Positions 34,448-47,621 are shown, numbered from the stretch's first letter. The stretch is DNA of 64,000 nt from Mayamaea pseudoterrestris (GCA_027923505.1 BROI01000016.1:434001-498000); one strand, 5' to 3'. Numbers and translations are program-made. The notes: generated from the sequence alone by a model not told the origin.

Positions 34448-35801
34448 TTAAGACTCACTCTTAGCAGCACTACTACCAGTACTCACGTTGACATTCTGGA
34501 CTTGCGCCTGCACTTGGCGCATTGCTTCCTCGAGCAGTTGCTTTTGCTGTTCGTAGTAGTCTTGCTCGAGCTGCTCGCGGCGGTCAAACTCTTGCTGCAG
34601 TCGGGTTTGCGCCGCCAGCTTTTCCTCCTGCAGTAGGGCAATTTGTTGCATGACGACAGCCAATGGTTCCAGTTTGTCTTGGTTGGCAAGGACTTGATTG
34701 TTCCAGTTGCCATTGAGTTGCTGCTGGAAGCGAGATGTTGCGGCGGCTGTATCAGAGTTGTCATCGCTTTCTTGTTGTAGTTGAGTCATGCTGCTACTAC
34801 TAGTAGATTCGCTGCCATTACCGTTCAACCAAGGATTGCTTGCGTCGCTCATTCCTGTTCCGGAAGTGTATTGCTCAAACTCTTGGTCAATAATGGCTTG
34901 CTCCTCAGGACTTAGTGTGGAATCGTTGCCCAGCACTGGAGGTGTTGCTGCGGATATATTCTCCGAGACGGATGCCAGTACAGTTTCAGCCACATTTTCT
35001 CCTGCACTACTCGCCATTGGCATTTCCAAATCTGGTACCCTGCCATCAAGCTCACTACTACTATTCTCCTCCTCCTCCAAAAGCACCTTTCTCTTGGCCT
35101 TTCGTCTAACAATCTTTTTCCCCGACGCCCCCACGGCCGCCACGGCTTCCACGGGCGACTCGCCCCGCGGCGACGTGACGGTGGTGCTAAAGGCATCCTC
35201 CTCCTGATCCACGTTGATGGTGCGCCGAAACGAAAAGGCGTCCGTCAATTCCTGCTGGGCCTTGCGAATCTCGTTAATCTGCAGCTGGTCCTCCATGTTG
35301 TTTTCAAACGTTTTCGTCAAATCGGTGCTGAACGAACGCACGTTTTGGACAAACTTGCCAATCTCCTTGACGACCTTGTATAAATCGGATGGACCGAGAA
35401 TGAAATAGCCAACGAGGAGGATTGTGAACTGCAAAAAGTGACGATGAAGAAAAGAGAGAATGTAGCAAATTAGTTGGAATGATTTCAGACGAGAAATTGG
35501 ACGGAATCAAGATCATTAAACTCACCAGCTCGGGTCCACCGATTCCAAGTATACCTCCATCGGATCCCATGAACATGTTCAATGACGTCGTTGATAATGT
35601 ACCCCTTGCTTTTGGCGATTGAATAGGACATACTATGCTGCTGCGTTGCTGTATGGTAAAGCTGCCTCGATAATGTATCAGTGGGCTAATGGATGTGAAT
35701 CCGCAAACTGCTTGCGGTTGCAGTAAAGCCGCAGCCATGATTGCAAATAGACAAGCGCCATGATTTCTTCTTCTCCGCCTTGATCGAGCAGTAACATTCA
35801 T
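34448..35801 (-). CDS. tatB: Plastid twin-arginine translocase subunit TatB/Hcf106-like; intron 35429-35525
   Basis: Bipartite presequence (VCG-FTS); spliced GILGIGGPEL/FTILLVGYFILGPSDLYKVVKEIGKFV TM plus amphipathic helix; long acidic tail. Confidence 0.8.
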
Positions 35802-36324
35802 AGTGATAGAGAAAAGGTGAACTAATAGATGAAAAAGGAGATTGACCTGCTGCTGTTGAAGTCGCTTTTCGATCATCCATCATCGTTCATGGAGGGTCTC
35901 GCGGCGCGGTGAGTGACGTTCGAACAATCCGTGTCGCACCAGTTACCGGTACGACTAATTATTTACTATTGCCTGCAAGTTACTGAGGTGGCAGTCGAAA
36001 ATGACTCATTAAAATGTCGCGACAAACGAGGGGCAATACATAAGCCACGACCACAGTCGTCCGAACACGAATGACTGACCGTCAAGGGCTATAATTTTGA
36101 CACTGGGCACGCAACGCGAAACACCTTTCACCAGCCGAAGGCGAAGAACAAGGCGATTGGTTGCGGTTTTCTCGCGTCTCACAAAATCGATCGACTCGAT
36201 GCTTCGACGACGGCTTTCGGCACTATATATCCCGTGACTGCTCGACTTCATTGCATCAAGTCAAGACAAGTCTTGATCATTGTGATTCATTCGCTGTCTC
36301 GCATCTCATCTGTGTCTCAAGACC

Positions 36325-38507
36325 ATGCCACCCAATCAACGAAACCATAGCAACACTTCCACCAGCAAACATCGTTCCATGACTTCCAACGATGACACTC
36401 ACTCCAACTACAACAACAATACTACATTCAGTTTCAAGGAAGACTACTGCTTCAACTGCTACATTACCACGAGCGAGATTGATCACTACCTGATGCAGTG
36501 CGGCAAGTGCCACTCCTTTTACTACTGCGGCATGGCGTGCTTCAACGCCCATTTGAGCGTGCACATGCAGTACTGCCAAACGGGCAAAATGAACTATCAG
36601 CCGGTGCGATATAGTAGTAGTAGTGGTAGTCTGAATGTGCAGCCGTCACAGCAACTGATCACGACGACGACGACAAGCAGCAAGGTTACGCGAACGCCAT
36701 CCAACGACTCGCTGCCACGTCGCAAACCAAGCGACAAACTATGGGCCGCCTTTCATGACTCGTCGTCATCTTCAAGCAGCAGCAGCAGCAGCAGCAGCAG
36801 TGACGACGAGTCGTCCATCTCCGGATACGAGTCGTCGTCGTCGTCGTCGTCGAGTTCTTCTTCTTCGAGCAGCAGTGACGACGATATCGCCGTGGAAACC
36901 ATCGAGGAGGAAGTCACCAACGACCGAGACTCGTCGCAGGATAGCAGCTGGTCGAATGACGAGCACGAGGCTGTCATTGTCAAAGTATCGACCGTTGATT
37001 TTGTCAAGGATGCAGCAACTGTTACTACTGAAACGACTTTAGTTGGAGCAGTCGACAACGACGAACGTGTCGAAACGCCGTCGGAAATTCAAATGGTTGC
37101 ACCAGAAGCCATTGACGACGCCAATGACTACGAGTACGACGAGGACTGCACGGGAGCCTACAGTCGCAACAAGAGCGCCAATGACTATGAGGACTACGAG
37201 GAAGCATATGTGAGCAAGGGTTGCGGACGCGTGGGTGGCACCGAGTGGATCGTCACGGAGGATGTGAAGCGTCGCCGCGGGAGTGCACTTGTGACCATGG
37301 CGCTGCCACCATGCGCGCCAGCAGTCGTAGGCCGCCGTCATTCCATTTGTGCGCCAATGCAAGCGGCGAGTGGTAGTAGTGATGCAAATGCCAAGCCAGC
37401 GTACCGAGTTCCGCTCAAGGCAACCAAGTATGATGAAGACGATGATCATGGCGACAACATTGCGATCGCATCTCGGTCGGACCAAGCCGGTGCCAAGATG
37501 AATGGCAGCAACAACATGAACCGCAGGTTTGCAATCTCGTTTAACAACGCCAACAACTCATCCACTCACAATGCCAATCACTCGCTCGGTAGTTCCACGC
37601 GCGTGTCGCCAGCCGAAGTTGACCGCATTCGTCGCAAGCAGCACCAAAACATGCGTCTCACGGCGCACGAAATGGTGGTGCTGCGGTGCCTTTCGCCGCA
37701 ACAGTACTCGCCCGATCGATTGAGCGGCGAGTCGTCGGAGAGTGCGTCGGAGAATGTGGATCTGCGGCACGTACATGTCAAGGAGCGAACGAAACCGCAG
37801 TTTGAAAAGCCGGAATGGTACGTGCAACTTGATTGCCGAATTTGTTCATGCTTGGTTTTCTTCGAGCAATCAAGTCTAATAATGCGCATTGTTTTACCAT
37901 TTCTGCTTGCAGGATGTCGCAAACTGCGCTTCTACGAGCTACCTCCAAAGGTGAGCGTGCCCGGAAGCAGGGAGACCTTCGTAAACATCGCGCTCCGAAA
38001 CCGGAAGAAGCTTGGGAGCAGCCCGAATGGACGCGAAGGGCGCCGCTGCGCACATCCTCTCGTGGAGCCCGGCTCAAGGCTGGCAACAGTTTGCGCAAGG
38101 AACGCAAGGGAAATGGTATCCAAGTGCTTGGTGACGACGACGCAACTCCAAAGGAACGTTCTGCTCCGCCACGTCGTTCCTCCAGGGATGGAATGCCACG
38201 AAAAGCGCCATCGTCTCGAAAACTTTTGGCTCGTACGTCTTCGTCATCATCCACTCGCACAACTTTGTCGCGCGCATCCTCCAAGGGCAGCACCAAGCGC
38301 GGCGGCGGCAAGCACAAGAGCGACAAGGCACCCGTCGCGGAGAACGTTCGAATTGAGAATGGACAAATCATGTGGGAGGCTCCAAAACTGCGAAGCACGG
38401 CGCGTGGGTCGCTCCTGCTGCGTCAAGAGAGTATTCGCAACTCCAAGTGCCTTGGAGCGCTGCGTGCGTCGGCGGATGCTGTCAAGAGCATGATTGGCAA
38501 TGAGTAG
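36325..38507 (+). CDS. MYND-type zinc-finger protein with a Ser/acidic low-complexity region and three C-terminal W..LR[AST] repeats; intron 37818-37912
   Basis: CFNC...CGKC...YYC...C...H...H...C; splicing joins KPEW/MSQ into the 37833-38507 frame. Confidence 0.7.
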
Positions 38508-39144
38508 GATTCGTCGTCCATTTGACGGAAGTAACAATTATTATAAGTTCTGCAGCTGCATAATGAGTTATGTTTTTTTGTTTGACTTGAGTAGATCTAC
38601 GTAATTATCCAAACTCAAGCACCTCGCTTACTGGTTAATGGCTGGTAGCGCGTATTGCACTGCTACTATTTTAAGTAAAGCAGTTCATTTTCAAATGAAA
38701 GGAGTTCCACATTCGGTTTGCGTCAGGCAGTGCTGTTTTGGTGGGAGCATTGGGCGAATTCAATTCGAAGTCATGGGCAATGGGCAAGACACGGAATATG
38801 ACCTGCTCGAGCCGCCTTGGCGGTTCATCTGTATGCATACCTTCCTCAATCATATTATCGTACGTGCAAGCATAGGCAGATTTGCTAGCAAGCCGAATTG
38901 CTTTGCCTCAAAGGCTCTGAAGGAAGGAAAACACTTCGTGCACTCGTTTCGAAAGTTCGAAGAAGTTACACAGCGGAATTTGTGAAGCGCGGCTCGCTCG
39001 CTCGCATCAGCCGCTGCGACAACGGAAAGGGCCCAACCGCTCATCGGTCATGAGAGCATTATCGCAGCGAAGCAGCAATCGTTACAACATCGTTGTCCCA
39101 TTGTCTCCTACGATTTCCCTTACCGGTAGTAAAGAGCAAGCAAA

Positions 39145-40596
39145 ATGGACGACATTGAATGGTTAGAGGGAGATACTCATGAAGAGCTAATTCAGAAGAT
39201 GATCGGCCGAGACGAATGGTCGATGGCAACACTTCATATCAATGTGGCGTTCGTGAATAATTTTTTGAGCCTTTGCGACGCAAGTTTAAACGAGACCATT
39301 CATGCTCTCCAGACGAGTTCTTGCATTTCGTGGCTCATGTTAAAAACTCTTCCTAACTTGCCGACGCGAAAGATGCTGCGACGCTTTAGAATCCTTTGCA
39401 CCACGCTGGGCAGCATGGCGGGCGTACGAACCATTCGCGTCGATTATAGAGCGATTTTTAGCATCACACATGTCGATATTTTGAAAGCCATGCCACATAT
39501 CAAGAATTTTCATCTTTGCTTCAGCGATACGGATGAGTTTACAATGTTTGAATTGAGCGAGGCTCTCCGGAATTGCACATGTCTTGAAAGCATAGATTTT
39601 AACATCCCACTCCCGTACTATCAGATGGTGTTACCATCGCTGCACGCTCTCACTTTCTTAAAAGCGATTGAACTCACTGGCGGATAAAGGGGATTGGTTT
39701 CACAAGATTCTGCTCAAGCCATTGCGGATGTCCTCGGTGTTGGTCGACAACTAGACTTGCAACTCGACAGTTTCAATTTCACTTTGGAAGGGGCGCAAAA
39801 TATATTTTGCCTAGCACTTGCCGCGTCGAGCGTTATCAGTATAACGCTACAAAGCTGTTTATTTACTGACCCTGTATCGCTGGTCAACGCAATTTCACAA
39901 CCCCAAGTTCAAAAGCTCTATTTATATCGCTGTGGCTTTCCAGGACACCAACATGACGAATTTCCAACCTTGCTTTCGCAACAAATCCCTCGCATGACTC
40001 ACATGCATAATTTGACTTATAAAGATTATTTGCCACTGGTTCAAAATGTTCGCGAAGATTTACTGCTTGCCAATGACCGCGCATTGGTTCGGGTTGGGAG
40101 GGCGGTCGCCCATTGTCATGAACTCCAGACATTAAATCTATCTTTCACGAAGCTCAGTCCCGAGTTAGACGAAGCGTTGGCTCTCTGCGTGGCTCCAGTC
40201 AATTCTCAGCTTACGTACATCAATATTGACTGCAGCTCTCTTGAGTCAGAGAATGATGTGCGATTGACCGAGTTGCCATTGTTTTTGAAGGCACTTGAAC
40301 GTAACTTTACAGTCACAAATATTTACCTCGAAACTGCCTATCGACACGGTGGACCAATTGATCCTTGGTGCCCCCACTTGAAGAAGAGCATTGAAACGCT
40401 TTGCCAACTAAATGTTGCTGGGCGCAAGTACATGGTGAAAGACGCTGGGGACGATGTCGCTGGATTGCAGATGCTAGGTGCTGTCAGTGACAACTTGGAC
40501 TGCTCCTTTTACCACCTGAGCCGTGAGAATCCGTCGCTTTGCCAGCAAGCCCGCACGCGCAAGCGTACACGCAATGACGGGTGCGTAATTAGTTGA
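39145..40596 (+). pseudogene. RNI-like LRR protein interrupted by an in-frame TAA at 39685-39687
   Basis: Two ORFs in the same frame separated by one stop; LRR pattern on both sides; C-terminal LNVAGRKY...LDCSFYHL.RENPSLC. Confidence 0.7.
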
Positions 40597-40987
40597 TTTT
40601 GCAGGGGATTGGAAAGGTTTGAGTGTGTTTGCATTAGAAGGAAAAGTATGCGTGTTGTAAAGAACTAACGGAGGATCTTTGTTGTTAAGCTGTTGAGTCC
40701 ACTGAACAAAGTGAGACACTGAACAAACTATGACATTTATGTGCGTATGATCTCGTGAGCGTTATGTCATAGCCGCTGTTCCATTTATAGATGATCTTAT
40801 TGTTGTAAGTATCGACTCTATATTGACAGCATAAGACAATTGTAGATTAGACCATAAGGAACAAGATTTTTTACTCGGGGCATCTGGACGTAGATTCCAG
40901 TACCGCAGCGACTTTGTGTCACACGTTTTCCAACCACGAAAACGCCTCATTTTTTCATCCATTTTTTCGAGTCAGCGTTATTCCACC

Positions 40988-42060
40988 ATGGCGACGAGAA
41001 GATTGACGCGCACTAGCAGACTGCTTTGCAGCAATGGCATTCAAAATTTAGTTACAAGACAGAAACATGTAGTACCAAATGCTCCTTCCGCATGCTTTTC
41101 CACTGCGACAGCATCAACGATGCGACTACCCGTCCTTACGCCACCCTTGCAGCAACTACCATCATCTGTCACTCCTCAAGATGCTCCCAATAACGGCCTT
41201 TTGAATCGCCTTTGGTCTAGATACTCGCTACGGGGACAGCAGGATCGCATTCACATGGCGGAAAGCCTCTTTCAGGCAGCGACGCGGCAGGCGAATGATC
41301 CGTGAGTAACACCATCTCAAGCTGGAATGAATTAAAAAATCGGCATGCTTTCAATGACTCACTTATTGAATCTTATGCTTCGTTATCCTCTCCTTGATCA
41401 TTTTGCAGTCGCTGGTTTGGTCCTGGCCGCATTCCTCGCGACTTTCGTCCCCGCCACGCAGTCCTGACCATGCACATTTGGTTCATTCACAAGCGCCTCA
41501 TTCTCGACACGATCAACAAGGATTATGCGTTAATGCTGCAGGAGGAACTGTTCAATATTCTTTGGGACGATACCACGTGTCGTATTCGACAGGCCGGAGT
41601 CAATGAACTCATGGTGAACAAGAACTTGCTGCAGGTGCAGCAGTACACCTTTCTGCACTTGACGCACTACGACCACGCCTTTTCGCCCGAACTCTTGGCG
41701 GATCCGGAGCAACGATTGAACGAGCTGCGCCAGTTGGTGTGGTACCACATTTTGGCCAAGGACGAGGAGGTGGAGTCGCGCATGGATCAGTTGGATCGCA
41801 TGGCGTGGTACATTGACGCGCAGTATCGCAACATGCTCATGGATTGGCCGTACGAGTACTACAAGCAAGGTAGACTGCAGTGGGTGGACTTGCCAGATTT
41901 TGAAAACATGCGTGACGCCAATGGCGAGTTGCTGCCGGAGAATCCAGTGCATCCGGACGATGTCCTGCCCGAGCACTGGGTCAAGAACATTACGAATCGT
42001 GGAGTTGAGTATTACTGGAACGAAGATACCAAGGAAAGCACGTGGGATCGACCAGTTTAA
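40988..42060 (+). CDS. CBP3: Cbp3/UQCC1 ubiquinol-cytochrome c reductase chaperone with a C-terminal WW-like domain; intron 41302-41408
   Basis: Mitochondrial-type presequence; DFRPRHAVLTMHIWFIHKRL...LQEELFNILWDD; LPEHW...GVEYYWNEDTKESTWDRP. Confidence 0.75.
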
Positions 42061-42679
42061 GTGCTATCGCAAATCTTGCTTGAGTCGGATACATTTATTC
42101 AAACTCGATGTGTATCAAATCGATTGTCACGGCGCCTCTGGAAATTGCGCCGGCGGTGGTTGGGCGGTCACTGGAGTACTAGTTAAAGGATTGATTCACA
42201 TGCCTTGGCGTATATCTTACGTAGGAGTATACGATAGTTGCACGTTTTGACGCTGTAATTCATGAGCAGCAGTCCTGCATGAGTCGTGAATGTTCCACTC
42301 GGCAAACGCACACCGGATGCTCGGCGACGAGCTGCTGCTACGACCAACAGTTCACACTGGTAGGTCATATCGCTGCCATTTTTTGCGACTCCATTCATGT
42401 ATTCGCGTATACTATACACCGCAATCTCATCCGAGCAAGGTTGCAGAAGTAACAAGGAATGACAAAGTTTTGGTGCTGTTGCTGAACGAAAATAGCTCTT
42501 GAGGCTAACGGACGAGCAAATATGCCAAATAAATAAACAATAATTCATGTATACAATAATATTTATACAGATCTATCGTTCTCGTTCCGTTATCTCGAAT
42601 CAAGTCTCCGTCACCGTCATTTCATATGTATCTGCTCGACCCGACTTGCTCGTTCGCATTCCTTCATTCATCCACTCAC

Positions 42680-43459
42680 TCATTCATCATTCGTTTCCGC
42701 CAATGCCAGTATGGTGAATCGCATTTCCGTCGGATCCAGTGGCATAATCTTGGTGCGAATATATTCGCAGGCAGTCTCGAGCAGTTTCTCGGGCGAGCAG
42801 GCCATGCGGCAATCCACGGGCCCGCCAACACTGACTCGTCCATCCAGTTCCATCAAGCGCTGATTGTCGCACACAAACGTGACAAAGTGCGTCTCCAAGT
42901 TTTCGTAGTCACTCAAGTCTTGACGCTGCGTCGCGCTTTGAGCAGACCGCGTCGCTTGCTCGTGCAGTTCCGCGAGCGTTTCGTCGGCTTCGAGTACTTG
43001 GGCGCGCTGCAAATTGGAAGCGGCCGACTGCATTTGCTTATCAAACTGCTTTAACCAGCTGTTTGCCATAATGTAGGGACGCGTCGCGTTCAACGTGGCA
43101 TGTAAGAGTGCCATGGTGCCGCAGGCGTTGCCGATGCGCTGGGGAATGTAAATCATGTGCGAGTCGCTGGAAGTACTGACGGCATGATCGTTGCGACTCT
43201 TCAACTTGTTCGTCAGTGGATATAAAAACACTACGGCATAGACGGGACGCGGCACCATGCCCAGTGCCCAATCCTCGGTACTGAACACGTCGTGCAGTGA
43301 CACCTGCGCCACGTTCAATCCAAGCTTGCCCAAATAGTCGTTGAGTAGCTGCGGATTGGACTCCAAGGGGAACCACTTGATGGACGTTTCATCTTTCATG
43401 GCGGATGATGCATCAGTCGCATCTTGGTTATTATTATCAGTAGCAGGAGTCGTTGACAT
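42680..43459 (-). CDS. Ubiquitin C-terminal hydrolase (peptidase C12, UCH-L3-like)
   Basis: WFPLESNP, QRIGNACGT (catalytic Cys), HFVTFV (His), ELDGR (Asp). Confidence 0.93.
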   Translation of the reverse strand: MSTTPATDNNNQDATDASSAMKDETSIKWFPLESNPQLLNDYLGKLGLNVAQVSLHDVFSTEDWALGMVPRPVYAVVFLYPLTNKLKSRNDHAVSTSSDSHMIYIPQRIGNACGTMALLHATLNATRPYIMANSWLKQFDKQMQSAASNLQRAQVLEADETLAELHEQATRSAQSATQRQDLSDYENLETHFVTFVCDNQRLMELDGRVSVGGPVDCRMACSPEKLLETACEYIRTKIMPLDPTEMRFTILALAETNDE

Positions 43460-43747
43460 TGTAGAGACGACGAGTCGATGAGATAATGCCGGAGCAAAGT
43501 CTCCATGGTCGAAATCAACGCGCGCCCATTGAGTACCGGTACGTCTCAGGAATACAATCCGTCCGTCCATCGTCCGAAGCGTGGGCCTAGCGACTAACTG
43601 GAACCTTGTAGACTATCCTCGTCGTACCAAAGTGCAACGTCATTGACTGAGCAGATATGTAAGGCTTGTGCATAAATTGATTATATGTGTCTACTAGTAT
43701 TATCATTTCCCTTATGTATCGGCGCTCTCAATAGTAGCTAAATTAGG

Positions 43748-45528
43748 CTAATATGCATGCATCAACAGCAATGAACTGCCAGCGGCAGCAATTGCCAGCA
43801 GGACGCTCATGCTTTTCCGACTCGTGGCCTTGGAACTATCCCGAATGGCGGAATTGTCTTGGTCCCAGTTGAATGGCGTAGGTTGCGCTGTTCGTCGCGG
43901 CAAAGCCGTATCCAAACTTAGCGGCGACAATGTGGGAGCGTCCGACGGAACGTCGCTCGCATCCGTGGTAAACGTCAAGGTGGGCACTTCCGTCACGTCG
44001 CGGCCGGAGCTAGTTTTGGAAGCAGTCGGCGTCAATGGAGCAACCGTTGGCTCCTGATACTAGTTGGCGACGTTGCGGGCGATGCAGTAACATCTGCGGC
44101 ATTGTCATTTCCGCCATCATCCAACAGTCCCACCTCGCAGCACTTGAGAAAGACTCCATTCGCCGTGGGGCAACATTCACCCTGCAGCTCGAGCGCAAAG
44201 CAGCGCTTGTAGGCGGAGCAAGTGGTCACGCCGTCAACGGCGTTCTTGGCTGTGGGCGACGACGCTGGTCGGCGCGTTGGAGCGGCTGTCGTTGGTGAGG
44301 TGGGAGCTCGTCCAGTGGGTGCTGCAGCAGGAGCAGCGGGTGTGGCCGTTGCCGTCGAAGTGGACGGAGCAAACGTGGTTGTAGAGAAAGCAGTCGGCGA
44401 TGGCGCTGGAACCGACGCAGTGGGCGTACTGTCACCTGCTGCACCAAGCTGAATGCTATATTCCACATTTGAATCTGGGCAGGTGAACACAAAGTCAACC
44501 AAGTAGTCCTTCAGCGTGAGATCCGAATTCAATAGTCCAAAGTGACTCTCCACACCATCCGTCGTCTGATCCTGCTCCGACCTCCAATCGTTGTCAATGC
44601 CTGTAAACCAATAGTAGTTCCAGTTTAGTTGCCTATCCATGCGGCAGTAAAAGTCCATCAAGTATTGCGCCTGGTTGGCTGGACTGGCAACGCTCGTTTG
44701 ATCACTGGTTCCATCCGATGGCCAGCCCGTTTCGCCCAAAATAAAGGACTTGCCGTTGGACTGCGCCAAAATGGGATCCATTTGCGCCTCCAGGTATGTT
44801 ACGGCAGCGTCAATGTCTTGCGACTCCCAGTATGGGAATGCTGGAACGATAATGGATTGAAGAGGGAAAGCGGTGAGATTCATGCGTCTGCATCATCTTG
44901 AACACCACCATCCTTGGCATCAATCTTTCAACTTACAATTCACCACCACTTGATCTCCAGCAAAGAGCTGCGGATACTGTATGTAAATATCATCAATGTC
45001 GCAGATTGATACCGGAATATCCGTCATGCCGCCATCCTGCATGACTTGCTTGACCTGATCAAAGTATTCCACCATGACATTTGCACTGACATCCTTGCGA
45101 TAGACGGCTTCCGAACCAACCGTCACGCCCACAATCGTCGACGAGTCAATCATGCCATTGTCCATCATGTTTTGCAGCGTCGCCACTTCCGCTGCAAAGA
45201 CTCCTTCGTCGTCCGACACCCACAGTCCCAGCAAGACTTGCATGTTCAACGTTTTTGCCGCTTGCACAACCTGCATTCCCTGGTTGCAGTCGGAGAGCGA
45301 CAGTATGCGGACGCGTTTCGTCAAACCACGCAAGGCTTGCAAGTCTTGCAGCACTTGATTGTCTGATTTACACTTTGTTGCGTCCCAGTCGGGTCCCTGG
45401 CGGTTGCTGTAGTTAATGCCGTATAGTTGGATTGGTTCGGCGGCGGAAGCGAATGCAGCAAGAGACGCGAGTAATATGCAAAATGGTAGTAAATGTAGCA
45501 GACTGCTGCTGCGAGATAACCTTGTCAT
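43748..45528 (-). CDS. GH17 beta-1,3-glucanase/glucanosyltransferase with PT-rich stalk, Cys module and GPI-like tail; intron 44841-44936; apparent frameshift near 44058
   Basis: Signal peptide, GINYS, VGSEAVYR, spliced VN/SFPYWE, LGETGWPS; the GPI-like tail lies in a different frame. Confidence 0.88.
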
Positions 45529-45944
45529 ATTTGCAAAAATGCTTTCAGTATGATGCAGTCTACTATTTCACAGCCTGATGAAACAATGACAACGCTATTG
45601 GCTGTTGCAAATGATGCGCTGATTGTTACTTTCTCCTTATGACTTGTCTGCAAGTTAACTAATAAGCAAATGATGAAGCTTCCTCGATTCGTCGAACGTC
45701 TCTCGACGAAATTGTGGAGCCGAATGGAGAAGAAAGCTTCCGGATTGCGTGACCCTCCATGGTTGCGACCAACAAGACTCGCGCGCGCGTGACGTGGTTT
45801 GAGAACCGGTACGATATGTAGCTTGACTGGCGCGCTGAGTTTCCGTTGAGATTTTGAATGTGGCGTGTCGGTTCGAACGACCATGACGAAAACCATGCAT
45901 GGCCAATAAAGTGAAGTCGCTGCTTTTTAGATATATACGAGAAC

Positions 45945-46996
45945 ATGACTACGTCATCCAAGCATGTCTTTTTGGTCAGTATCTTTGGAATATTTGGGCT
46001 AAATTTGGTTCGCTTTCGTTGGAACGTTGAGGAGCAACGTCGCGTTTCGCTCGCACCATCAGTGCTTCGTCCCTTGCAAGCGCCAAACGTTGACAAAATT
46101 GATGATACAACAATGGATATAATTAAGAACGAGTCTCTTGCAATAGAATCAAACAAACCAACATTTGTCATTGTCATGGGTTTGGAAGGAACGGGTCATC
46201 ACTTGCTGTCGGCGCTGCTGCGCGACTCGCCCACCATGCAAACCGTGCACCGCCTCGGCTTGCTCACCAACTTGAACCGGCTCCGCGGGTTCTTGCTGGG
46301 AGACGCGGGCATTATGTCGGCTCCCTGCCATGGTTCGTCGCAGCACGCATCCATCAGTGGCGCCGTTCGATTGGCCGTCAAGAATATGAAGAACATGACT
46401 CAAGTTGTTATCGAGCAGCAGCAACATTTGATCATTCCCATCAACGCCATGGGGTACGGCCCCATGGCCAGCTACCCCACGGCGCACGGCTGCAACCGCA
46501 TGAAGTATCCCTCGCTCGACTTTTTTTACGGCATTTGTTTCGCCGCGGAGGCAGACTGCCAGCATGTTTACTTGTCTCGTGAAGCGCAAGACATACTGGC
46601 GTCGACAACAATCAAGCGATCCTTCAATCCGTCCACGCTGGCGGCCATGCATTTGTACACGACGCACTTGCACGTGCTGCACGCGCAACTGTCGCGGTAT
46701 GCGAAATATACGTTGGCGTGTGTGGAACTGTATGAGAATGATGATGATGATGAAGATGGTTCCAACGAGACACGTCACAAACATCGACTCGATTCGATTG
46801 CGCAACTCTCTGGATGGGCCAACGACGCAGAGGCTTTTGCTAGTCATGTTTCCTCCATCTATCATCCACCACAACCAATGACGACGGACGAGCGAGACGC
46901 ACTTTTTCCGGCGGACGAAACCATGTTCATGCAACACTTTGAGCAGTTGAACCACGAGGTGCTGGAGCTGTGCCAAAGACAAGTGGCAAAGAACAT

Positions 46997-47047
<51 letters not shown>

Positions 47048-47054
47048 TGATTGA
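45945..47054 (+). CDS. Type II membrane sulfotransferase-like (P-loop fold) protein with C-terminal polyQ
   Basis: N-terminal TM; FVIVMGLEGTGHHLL (5'-PSB-like) and VYLSREAQDILAS (3'-PB-like). Confidence 0.55.
47001..47045 (+). repeat. Perfect (CAG)15 microsatellite encoding polyQ
   Basis: Directly visible in the sequence. Confidence 0.95.
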
Positions 47055-47621
47055 GTAAATTATAAGAAGCAGTTATTGGAGCTTGGCAGTCATTGACGAT
47101 GCTTGCATCTTGCGTCTTGCTCACCGCCTTGATGAGAATTCAGTGTTTGCCAGTGATCAAATGACCCTTTGATTGGTCAACAGAATATTCTGACTTGAGT
47201 CACAGCCGCCTCGGAAACGTTTTGCGCATGCTCCGACACGACGTTCCATGGCGCCGGTCGCAGAAGAAACGCTTGCGGATAAAAAGTCATTGACACTAAA
47301 GAGCGTCATACAGCTGAAAACGACAAGAAACGATGCGCCAGGGGTAATAGACAGTTTGAGCTGGCTATTTTTCATTTCCGGGATAATCCATCGCTGATCA
47401 CGTCACCCATCACTCCCAATGGCTTTGCGTGAATCGATAACAAGACGCAGGTGTGCAGACGGACATCGCCGCTGAATTTTGTGTACACGAATACATATAG
47501 ATATATTTTGAAGTCGCTTATCAATATTAAATGCAAAATTGTGGTTATTAACAGTAGATGCTTATCGTCATTCATTCAATTAGTTGTCACTTGTCGTTCA
47601 TTACTAGGTCATCAACATTCC

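Noticed and set aside
37818..38493. C-terminal part of the 722 aa ORF as listed in the track
   Set aside because: It reads through an AT-rich GT..AG intron; the spliced frame gives a coherent repeat-containing protein instead
38638..38985. 115 aa ORF upstream of the LRR gene
   Set aside because: No family motif and no supporting coding signal
46149..47000. 283 aa minus-strand ORF
   Set aside because: Antisense to the sulfotransferase-like gene, with no motifs
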